Of a DNA stretch of 64,000 bases, positions 56,440-64,000 are shown one piece after another; position 1 is the stretch's first letter, and each line of letters begins with the position of its first letter. Source of the stretch: a virus. Both the position numbers and the translations under genes were made by a program. The DNA lies in the IMG/VR virus record IMGVR_UViG_3300032173_000002, positions 36,373 to 100,372 of that record. The stretch is one strand, 5' to 3'. A model generated the notes under the pieces. The model was not told the DNA's origin and did not search any database. It was given only the letters and a program-made list of their open reading frames with translations.

Positions 56440-57648
56440 ATGGATTACATTTCCTCTGAACTAACTACAGAAAGGAGAAGGGAAGTGAAAGGAAGATTTT
56501 CAAGAGAGCAGATGAGAGCAGAACTTTTGAATAGGACAAGAGAGTCCTATGAGGCGAAGGATAGGGGGATCAGAACTCAGTCAGTGCTAAAGCCAGAGTT
56601 GGGGATTCCCACTTGGTGGGCCAGCGAAGGCCTACACCTGATTGATATTATCCCCTTCTACACTTCGGAGGATGGACTTCACCCTGATCCGAAAGTCAAG
56701 CCTGGAGCCCTTGACTATCGCTGGGAGGGCTGGCTTCACCGATTCATCGGACCTTCGGATCAGGATTTTGTTTGCCCATTGTTTACATTCTATCAGGGGC
56801 ATAAACTGCGTGGGCCTTGTCCCATCTGTGAGAGGCGCAGGGCTCTCCTGGAGGAGGGAGCGGACCAGAAGCTGGTGAACTCCCTTAGACCGACCCGGTA
56901 TTGCCTCTACAATGTATTAGTATATTCTGGACAGGGTCTGGCAGATAGAAAGGAGGTGGAAGATAGGGGTATTCATGTGTGGGCTGTCTCCCATTTCCAA
57001 TTTGAGCGGGAGATTATCTCTATTGCGCAGAAGGCCAAGGGTGGGGGGCAAATTCTCTTTGTCTCCCCCGATAAGGAGTTAGGGAAGTCAATCCGTTTCG
57101 AGCGGAGAGGAACAGGGAGGGACAATACTCAGTACATTGGTTATGCCTTCGAGGATAGGGATTATGATATCCCTGACGAGGTACTGGACTCCGCTTATTG
57201 CCTGGATGAGGTGATCTATGTAGCATCCTACGATGAGATAGCGGAAGCCTTCTTTGCCTCGACTAAGGTGGAGCCTGCTGTCGGGACTGCTGTGGATGTG
57301 GATTCAGAGCCGGAGACCCCTCCTGCTGCTTCTACAAGGTTTTCAAGGGTCCTTTCCAAGATGAGACCAGAGGAGACCGAGGAGTCTGTTCCCACTCCCG
57401 AACCGGCTCCTTCAAGGGCTTCAAAACCTTCGGTTTCTCCTGGTAAATGTCCTGCCGGTGCAGAGTTTGGATCTGATATAGATCAACTGGATGCCTGTGA
57501 AGATTGCGCTCAGTACGATCGATGTGCTGAGCGTGCTGATGAGATAGAAGAGGAGAGACGAAAGCGTCAGCTTCATAGGGTTTCTCCTCGTTCAAATGTT
57601 AGGGAGAAGACGGAAGAGGCGCCAGGAGCTGGTAGGAGGCGGTTGTAG
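56440..57648 (+). CDS. Single-stranded DNA-binding protein (gp32-like)
   Basis: H...CP...CPICE Zn site, G..I.FER.G.G..T.Y, acidic/Pro-rich tail. Confidence 0.7.
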   Translation: MDYISSELTTERRREVKGRFSREQMRAELLNRTRESYEAKDRGIRTQSVLKPELGIPTWWASEGLHLIDIIPFYTSEDGLHPDPKVKPGALDYRWEGWLHRFIGPSDQDFVCPLFTFYQGHKLRGPCPICERRRALLEEGADQKLVNSLRPTRYCLYNVLVYSGQGLADRKEVEDRGIHVWAVSHFQFEREIISIAQKAKGGGQILFVSPDKELGKSIRFERRGTGRDNTQYIGYAFEDRDYDIPDEVLDSAYCLDEVIYVASYDEIAEAFFASTKVEPAVGTAVDVDSEPETPPAASTRFSRVLSKMRPEETEESVPTPEPAPSRASKPSVSPGKCPAGAEFGSDIDQLDACEDCAQYDRCAERADEIEEERRKRQLHRVSPRSNVREKTEEAPGAGRRRL

Positions 57649-57778
57649 ATTGATTGTGTCGGTGGCCACGATCTCTCCCCTTGGTCGGCGAGCATGAACC
57701 GGAGGGGAAAACGAGATTATATATGTATGACCCACTACCGATGTGGCGTAGGTTGTGGGGGAATCATAGGAGGGAGGA

Positions 57779-58033
57779 GTGATGAGGGAAAGTTATGTGG
57801 AAATAACCAAAAACTTGGAGGGGGATATTGAGTTCCATGGTGTTCTCACTCAGCACGATTTCTTGGCCTTGCGACTCGATCCCTTTGACTTAATGTTGGT
57901 TAAGGAATGCACCAAGGATAACAGCAAGTCAAGCGATTGGCTCCTTGCTTTGGAGTACCTCTTTCGGCGGATGGATGAACAAATGAAAGTGAGGATTGAG
58001 GGGGAGGTGGAGGGTATCTTATATGGAGGATAA
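57779..58033 (+). CDS. Hypothetical protein
   Basis: Strong SD. Confidence 0.55.
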   Translation: MMRESYVEITKNLEGDIEFHGVLTQHDFLALRLDPFDLMLVKECTKDNSKSSDWLLALEYLFRRMDEQMKVRIEGEVEGILYGG

Positions 58034-58334
58034 CTGGGCTTGGGAATATGTAAAAAAGCATGATAGCGCTGTTTCGTCTATGCTGGATGCTGGAATGAGT
58101 TTGGAGGAGATTATCGTTGCTCTTTCCAGGGAAAGGGAGCAAACTCATCGTCAGCTACTGAAGCTTATTAGCCTTGTTCCCAAGAAGGTGATTTCGCCAG
58201 ACGGGAAGGTTTATGTCTGGCATTGTCCAGATGAGTTGATTCCTGTTATTGGTGACCTGCTAAAGATGGGGCCAGTTATAGTGGAGTCCGTTATAGGGGA
58301 GGAGGTAAAGTTAGATGAGGCGAAGGAGGTTTGA
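58023..58334 (+). CDS. Hypothetical protein
   Basis: Operon context; start reassigned. Confidence 0.55.
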   Translation: MEDNWAWEYVKKHDSAVSSMLDAGMSLEEIIVALSREREQTHRQLLKLISLVPKKVISPDGKVYVWHCPDELIPVIGDLLKMGPVIVESVIGEEVKLDEAKEV

Positions 58335-59358
58335 AGATGTTTTGGGAGAAGAGGTATCTCGTGTAAGGGATTCATTTCGGGATACAGGCTCAGTTTCTGA
58401 GAAGAGAGAGGAGTTTCGTAGTGGTGTCTTATCTACTGGCTCAACTCTCCTCGATCTGGCTATATCGGGGAAGAGGATACGAGGAGGTGGAGTTCCGGGT
58501 GGGATTATAATGGAAATTTATGGTCCCTATGCTTCCGGGAAGACAGCCATTTTGGCTGAGATATGTGCTTCCGCCCAGAGAAACGGGGGCAAAGTTAGAT
58601 TTCTCGACCCAGAGGCTCGTTTGGATCAAGAGTATGCCAGGATCTATGGAGTCAGCCTTTCCGAGGAAGACTACTATCGGCCTAATACAGTTTCTGAAGC
58701 ATTTGCTCTGATTCAAGATTGGGAGCCTGGTAATTCAAATACAATCAATGTGATAGCTACCGATTCCCTTGCCGCTTTGTCCACTGAGATGGAACTGGAT
58801 AAAGGGGATAAGATGGGAATGAGGCGGGCAAAGGAGTTCTCGGAGGGTTTTAGAAAGACTGCTCGCCTGATTGCTAAGAATAACTGGATTGTTGCTTGCA
58901 CTAATCAAGTTCGTGAGGGGGAGTATGGAGAGACGACTCCAGGTGGTTTTGCAATTCCTTTTTATTCCTCTCTGCGAATACGAGTGGGGCAAACGGGGAA
59001 GATAGAGAGGAAGACCAGAATATCTTCTGGGAAGGAGGTCTCTAAGGTAATTGGGATTGAGAGTCTATGTTATATTCGCAAATCTACTGTAGATGATCCT
59101 TTCCGTGAGGCTCCAATTTGGATTGTGTTTGGTTATGGTATTGATGATGTCCGTGGCAATCTTCAGTGGCTTAAGGATATGGAGAAGAGTTCAGTCTATG
59201 TTGCTCCTGATGGTAAGGGATTTCAGGGGATGGAGCAGGCGATCTCTCATGTTGAGGGGAATTCTCTTCAGGAGAAGCTAAGGGAGCAGGTGATCAGCCT
59301 GTGGGAGGAAGTTGAGGCCAAGTTTGTTGCGGATCGAAAACCGAAGATTAGGTTTTAA
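58315..59358 (+). CDS. recA: RecA / UvsX-like recombinase
   Basis: STGS..LD.A, EIYGPYASGKT, DPE, DSLAAL, NQVR, TTPGG. Confidence 0.9.
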   Translation: MRRRRFEDVLGEEVSRVRDSFRDTGSVSEKREEFRSGVLSTGSTLLDLAISGKRIRGGGVPGGIIMEIYGPYASGKTAILAEICASAQRNGGKVRFLDPEARLDQEYARIYGVSLSEEDYYRPNTVSEAFALIQDWEPGNSNTINVIATDSLAALSTEMELDKGDKMGMRRAKEFSEGFRKTARLIAKNNWIVACTNQVREGEYGETTPGGFAIPFYSSLRIRVGQTGKIERKTRISSGKEVSKVIGIESLCYIRKSTVDDPFREAPIWIVFGYGIDDVRGNLQWLKDMEKSSVYVAPDGKGFQGMEQAISHVEGNSLQEKLREQVISLWEEVEAKFVADRKPKIRF

Positions 59359-59507
59359 TGGGGATGGCGGAGTGACGAAGAGTCAGGGGAGATCATGGTA
59401 ATTGGCGATTTTGGCCCCCTCCCGTTGCAGCCATGAGCATAATCGGGCGTTGGTGAACTGTTGCCGGGCAGTGAATCCGACCCGCCATCCTTGTATCAAG
59501 GAAAGGG

Positions 59508-60389
59508 ATGCTTTTGAAATCTAAAGTCGTTCTGATAGTTGATTGTAATTGTATTTGCCATATGTCTTACTATGTTTTTCGGGACTTATCTTATGGGGGA
59601 TTAGGAACTGGAGTTATTTTTGGCTTCCTCCGGCAAGTGTTTCAGTTGGCCTCAAGATTTGAGTCCAATTTTTTCATCTTTTGCTGGGATCACCCCCATC
59701 TGATTCGCAGGGATATGTATCCTGATTACAAGAAGTCTCGTCGTGAGAGGAGAACTCCTGAGCAGAAGATAATGGACAGAGAGGCTTTTAGACAGTTTTC
59801 GGAAGTCAGGGAGACAGTTTTGCCTTCGTTGGGGTTTAGAAACATATTTTGGGAGGACGGATACGAGGCAGATGATTTGATCCATGCTGCGGTAGAGACT
59901 GTTTTAGAGAAGGGCCTCCCTGCTATGGTGGTGAGTACTGATGAGGACCTATTCCAACTGCTGGATAGAGCGAGTATGTTTAATCCTCGGCATAAATACA
60001 TCTATACGAAAGATTGTTTAATGAAGAAGTGGAGGGTGACTCCTGAGCAATGGGTGGATGTTAAAGCCATGTCAGGTTGTCCCTCTGATGGGGTAGAGGG
60101 ATTGGAAGGGGTTGGGCTGAAGAGTGCTATAAAGTACCTGCTGGGTGAGACGAGTCGCATGGGCTATCAGACGATAGCTCGGATTCGGTCAGATGAAGGG
60201 AGAAAGATTATCCGTAGAAATCTGGAATTGGTTAGCCTAATGGGAGAGGATTTAGCTCCTCTCCCTTTGGTGTGGGAGGAGAATTTTTCTCGCAAAGTGT
60301 TTTTAGATATTTTTGACGGGATGAATTTTCGCTCCTTCTTGTCTCCAGAGATGTTCCCCAAGTGGGAGAGGCTATTTAACTTGAACTGA
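59508..60389 (+). CDS. 5'-3' exonuclease / RNase H (FEN family)
   Basis: VDCN, YK.SR, EADD, DEDLFQL, G..SD...G..GVG.KSA. Confidence 0.9.
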   Translation: MLLKSKVVLIVDCNCICHMSYYVFRDLSYGGLGTGVIFGFLRQVFQLASRFESNFFIFCWDHPHLIRRDMYPDYKKSRRERRTPEQKIMDREAFRQFSEVRETVLPSLGFRNIFWEDGYEADDLIHAAVETVLEKGLPAMVVSTDEDLFQLLDRASMFNPRHKYIYTKDCLMKKWRVTPEQWVDVKAMSGCPSDGVEGLEGVGLKSAIKYLLGETSRMGYQTIARIRSDEGRKIIRRNLELVSLMGEDLAPLPLVWEENFSRKVFLDIFDGMNFRSFLSPEMFPKWERLFNLN

Positions 60390-60400
60390 GGAGGCTTCGG

Positions 60401-60610
60401 ATGCAAGATTACAGGGTAAATCAGTTCTCTCGTGATTATCTTGTGGGCTTTAAGGACGGGGCTCAAGCTGTGGTGAATATGATTTACCGGGAGTGTTTTG
60501 GGGGTAAGGGTAATCTGTCTAACCCGAATCTTCTCCCATCCGACTTATCAGGGAGAATCAAACTCTTAATCAGAAGAATCAGTAACTCTAAGGAGGATGG
60601 AAATGAATGA
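60401..60610 (+). CDS. Hypothetical protein
   Basis: SD GAGGAGG. Confidence 0.5.
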   Translation: MQDYRVNQFSRDYLVGFKDGAQAVVNMIYRECFGGKGNLSNPNLLPSDLSGRIKLLIRRISNSKEDGNE

Positions 60611-60872
60611 TAACACTGTTGCGGCCCAGCTTTTATCTTTCCAGCTTTTATCTTTGAAAGAGATCGGTTTCGATCAGGAGTTCTGTATGAGTACGGTGGA
60701 AAAGCTTGCCAGCTTTGAAAGGGATAGTAATACGATAGGAGACCTTCTGAAGAAGGTCAGTGTCTCCTTATCTTCTCTGGATGCTAAGGAAGCATTCCTC
60801 ATGGGATTTTTCACATGTGGTTTCCTATGCTTTGTACAGGGGTTAGGCGAAGAAGGCAAAAAACAGCAATGA
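60597..60872 (+). CDS. Hypothetical protein
   Basis: SD AAGGAGG. Confidence 0.5.
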   Translation: MEMNDNTVAAQLLSFQLLSLKEIGFDQEFCMSTVEKLASFERDSNTIGDLLKKVSVSLSSLDAKEAFLMGFFTCGFLCFVQGLGEEGKKQQ

Positions 60873-61444
60873 AGCCAGGAGGGGGGAAGAACAAGGGATC
60901 GAGTTTTGAAAGACAGGTCTGTCGAATCCTGACCGAGTGGATTACAGGAAAACCGAGGCCGGAGATATTTTGGCGGACTGCCACCAGTGGTGGTAAGTTT
61001 ACAGTGGATGCTAAATCTGGTATTCGAGGGAAAATGCCTGGGGATGTCATGGCAATAGCCGGCGGGGGTGGGTCTTGGTTTGCACCACCAGATGGGGCAT
61101 TTGTTATTGAATGTAAGAGTGTCGGTAGGCTGGACTTGATGGGAATAGTTTTCCGTAAGGGTGATCTTTATTCCTGGTGGACAAAGCTAGTCCAATTGGC
61201 TAAGGGCTATTCTATTCGTCCGCTCTTGATAGCCCATCAGAAAGGGAGACCTACTTTGGTGATGTTCGATGGGGAGTTCTGGAGGCTTTTTACGGATTAT
61301 GGTGGGGGATACCCACATGGTACGATCAGGGCACGAGTTTCTCCCTCTGATGAAGCGGTTATTTGTGTTTTGGATGACTGGCTGAAGTTTTTTGATCCAG
61401 CGACAATAAAGCTTTTCCTTAGGGTTACTCTTGGGAGGAGGTGA
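60869..61444 (+). CDS. Holliday junction resolvase (PD-(D/E)xK)
   Basis: KGSSFER, R...SGG, GD, IECK. Confidence 0.8.
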   Translation: MKPGGGKNKGSSFERQVCRILTEWITGKPRPEIFWRTATSGGKFTVDAKSGIRGKMPGDVMAIAGGGGSWFAPPDGAFVIECKSVGRLDLMGIVFRKGDLYSWWTKLVQLAKGYSIRPLLIAHQKGRPTLVMFDGEFWRLFTDYGGGYPHGTIRARVSPSDEAVICVLDDWLKFFDPATIKLFLRVTLGRR

Positions 61445-61501
61445 TGCAAGTAGGTGTTTGTAGTTTTTGAGTTATGTTGTTCCAATAGAAAGGGAGGTCA
61501 G

Positions 61502-61712
61502 TATGGACGCAAAGCAGATTTACTTGGACGGAATTAGGAGGGTAAGACAGGATTCTCACCAGTTGCTTTCTTCTGGAGGAGTGATACGACCTGAGCAGGT
61601 GCTTCAGAGATTGGTAATGCTGTGTGATGCAATTACGGCTATTCCTAGCGAGGAAGAGGAATCGCAGGAATCTACAGCAAAGGGTTCTAGGCGTCGTAGG
61701 ATGGATGAATGA
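61502..61712 (+). CDS. Hypothetical protein (start approximate)
   Basis: SD GGGAGG before MDAKQ. Confidence 0.45.
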
Positions 61713-61720
61713 GCTAGGCC

Positions 61721-62776
61721 GTGCTAACTAAGGTTAAAATTACTAACTTCCAGTCTCACCATAGCACAGAGCTTGACTTCCATCCAGGAGTAAATGTCGT
61801 AGTTGGTAAGAGCAATGATGGGAAGTCTGCTCTAATTAGAGCTTTGCTATGGCTATTTGAAAACCGACCGCTTGGGTTCCGATTCCATACCAAGGGGAGG
61901 AAGGGACCTACCGTTGTAGAATTGACGACACCGGAGGGGGTGGTTACTCTATCTAAAACGGATCGGTCCGCTGAGTATTCTCTGGACGGAGAGAAGTGGA
62001 GTAGCCCTGGTGGTGGTGTTCCAGAACAGATCTCGTCGCTATTGAATCTTTCTGAGGTGAATGTCCAGCGACAGTTTGATCCTCATTTTCTTATCTGCTC
62101 CCCACCTGGAGAGGTGGGGAGGGTAATCAATCAAATTACTAGGATCGAGAAAGTAGATGGCTGGATCTCGGATACTACATCTAGCATCAATGATACAAAT
62201 CGGGAGATTCATATTTTACAATTCCAATTGCAGGATGTGAGGGGGAAACTTGCTTTCCTTTCTGCATTGAGGTTGGATGAGCTAAAGGAAGATCTGGAGG
62301 AGGTGAAGAAGATAGAGGAGAGGATTGCTAGTCTTGACTTGGAGGCTGAGCAAATCTCCTCTTCAGTTGATAGGATTTCCGAATTAAGGAAGGAGATGAG
62401 GGATAGCAAGGAGGAGATAGAACGCCTTTCTCCTGGGCTGGAACAAATTCGGGAACTAGCAGAGGAGATAGGGGAACTAAATTCTGTGACTACCTTGCTG
62501 GAGAGGTTTGTTTGCATAACAAAGATGGCGGATCGTCTTGAAATGGATTTGCATCCTCTTGTCGAAGGAGTCAAGAAACTGGATGGTCTAGTAAGGGAGG
62601 AAAGTTTACTTGTTGAGGTCTGTGATTTGCGGTATAGAATGAGAAGGGAAGGAGAGGAGCTGACTCTTGTTGCAAGGGAGCTTGGGGACCAGCTTAGAGC
62701 AGTCAGGAAATGCCCTTTATGCTTGTCTGATCTGGATGAAAAGCAGATAGAAAGGATTGAGAGAGGTTATGCATAG
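61721..62776 (+). CDS. SbcC / gp46-like recombination ATPase
   Basis: NFQSH, G.SN.GKS, coiled coil, CPLC hook. Confidence 0.85.
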   Translation: MLTKVKITNFQSHHSTELDFHPGVNVVVGKSNDGKSALIRALLWLFENRPLGFRFHTKGRKGPTVVELTTPEGVVTLSKTDRSAEYSLDGEKWSSPGGGVPEQISSLLNLSEVNVQRQFDPHFLICSPPGEVGRVINQITRIEKVDGWISDTTSSINDTNREIHILQFQLQDVRGKLAFLSALRLDELKEDLEEVKKIEERIASLDLEAEQISSSVDRISELRKEMRDSKEEIERLSPGLEQIRELAEEIGELNSVTTLLERFVCITKMADRLEMDLHPLVEGVKKLDGLVREESLLVEVCDLRYRMRREGEELTLVARELGDQLRAVRKCPLCLSDLDEKQIERIERGYA

Positions 62777-62862
62777 ACCTAAGAAGGTATTATTTGGCCC
62801 GAATGGACAGAGAATGGAGGCACCGTGCAATCTGTTACAAATCATAAACCAAGAAAGGAAGT

Positions 62863-62967
62863 ATGAAGATGAAAGACATGGAGAAAGTGGGTTACTTTGT
62901 TATCATTTTGGCCACGCTTAATGCCATAGTGATAACAATACTATTCGTGATTCGTTGTTTTCGATAA
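62863..62967 (+). CDS. 34-aa single-TM peptide (copy 1)
   Basis: MKMKDMEKVGYFVIILATLNAIVITILFVIRCFR. Confidence 0.55.
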   Translation: MKMKDMEKVGYFVIILATLNAIVITILFVIRCFR

Positions 62968-62983
62968 ACAATGAAAGAAGGCT

Positions 62984-63088
62984 ATGGAGATGAAAGACCT
63001 TGACAAAATGGATTGGCTTATTTTAGGCGCGGTTACGCTTAATATAATGCTGATAATAATAGTATTCTTGACCTATCTTTTTCGATAA
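62984..63088 (+). CDS. 34-aa single-TM peptide (copy 2)
   Basis: MEMKDLDKMDWLILGAVTLNIMLIIIVFLTYLFR. Confidence 0.55.
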   Translation: MEMKDLDKMDWLILGAVTLNIMLIIIVFLTYLFR

Positions 63089-63136
63089 ACAATTCGGGAA
63101 AGATCAAGAATTGAAGAAGAGGGAGGTGCACAAGCG

Positions 63137-63355
63137 ATGAAAGACTTTATACTTAAAACTATTGTTGCGACAATAATGGGTTTGATGGTCGGAGGAATTG
63201 TCGCCCTATCTATTATTTATTTTTTCCATCCTGCGCCACCATGGGCTTTTCTAAATGGTTTTTACTGTATGGAGTGGTATATGTATTGCAAGATTTGCAA
63301 AAATCTCGCCTTGGAGGCGGCTGCGGAGAAGCAAATAATACTGGTAAGAGAATAA
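63137..63355 (+). CDS. Small membrane protein
   Basis: Hydrophobic N-terminal half; SD GGGAGG. Confidence 0.55.
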   Translation: MKDFILKTIVATIMGLMVGGIVALSIIYFFHPAPPWAFLNGFYCMEWYMYCKICKNLALEAAAEKQIILVRE

Positions 63356-63445
63356 AATGAGGGGGTGGGGTACATAAGCGATGAAAAACTTTGGGCTTTT
63401 CTAAAATGACTTCCGTTCCAATACTTCAACAAAAAGGAGACCAGA

Positions 63446-63640
63446 ATGACTCGCGATAGCTTCTGCTTAGCAAAACAGATATTTACTACAATGGATACGA
63501 TTGATTCTTGGATAGGACATCTCTACATGCTAAGAAACAATACTGTGAACAGCTCCTCCTTATGGCAACACTATCAAGAAATGATAGATTGGTTTACCCA
63601 GAAGAAGAAGGATCTGGAGAATGAAATCACTTTGCTTTAA
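63446..63640 (+). CDS. Hypothetical protein
   Basis: SD AAGGAG. Confidence 0.5.
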   Translation: MTRDSFCLAKQIFTTMDTIDSWIGHLYMLRNNTVNSSSLWQHYQEMIDWFTQKKKDLENEITLL

Positions 63641-63852
63641 GGGTAACCCATGACCCAACACAGAGTAGTTGCCTTGCCAAAGGAACTCCCCCTTGCCCCG
63701 TTCCTCCTTCGACCGGCTTGCATCACCCCACCCGGCCATCTCCATGCGCATCAGGGCCCTGTCGGGGGGCAAGGAATTCTCTCATGGCGGCAGGGCCTCG
63801 GCGGTGGAGAATTTACTCTGTGGGGAAGATTATGGAAAGAAAGGAAAACATA

Positions 63853-64000
63853 ATGTTTGACTATTATATCCTCGATGGACATCAACCAATAAAAACCGAT
63901 CTTGCAACTTGGGCTAAATGGATTGAGACAACAAAAAAATATGTCGTTGATGAATTAGTAGGAGGCGTTCAGATTAGCACAGTCTTCGTTGGATTAGATC
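63853..64000 (+). CDS. Hypothetical phage protein, truncated by the window edge
   Basis: MFDYYILDG...WAKW...ISTVFVGLD; SD AAGGA. Confidence 0.55.
   Translation, partial: MFDYYILDGHQPIKTDLATWAKWIETTKKYVVDELVGGVQISTVFVGLD

Noticed and set aside
59360-59492. Canonical tRNA gene
   Set aside because: Could not fold a standard cloverleaf with a GTTCRA T-loop; no tRNA or rRNA is confidently seen in the window.

Overview
This window is part of a large tailed-phage genome with T4-like contractile-tail morphogenesis genes. No terminase, portal or integrase is recognisable here. From left to right: (1) a B12-radical SAM / GT2 / ATP-grasp enzyme cluster; (2) about 9 kb of unrelated small ORFs that mostly begin with the same ~13-aa leader, M-[S/T/N]-[K/R]-A-x-x-hydrophobic-hydrophobic-x-x-hydrophobic-x-E, directly upstream of the prohead protease and major capsid genes; (3) head, neck, tail and baseplate genes, including a mini-intein in a SWIM-finger protein and a C-type-lectin-fold (Mtd-like) protein; (4) a leftward accessory operon punctuated by a repeated hairpin + Shine-Dalgarno element and carrying a stand-alone CRISPR type III-D Cas11-like gene; (5) replication and recombination genes with an embedded 7-deazaguanine DNA-modification cluster (queD, queE, queC, folE, ArcS-like, DpdA/TGT-like). 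The best candidates for undescribed biology are the modular leader + cargo array (putative capsid-targeted, protease-matured proteins) and the orphan Cas11-like gene (possible anti-CRISPR decoy subunit). All calls come from motif recognition by eye; no database searches were run.
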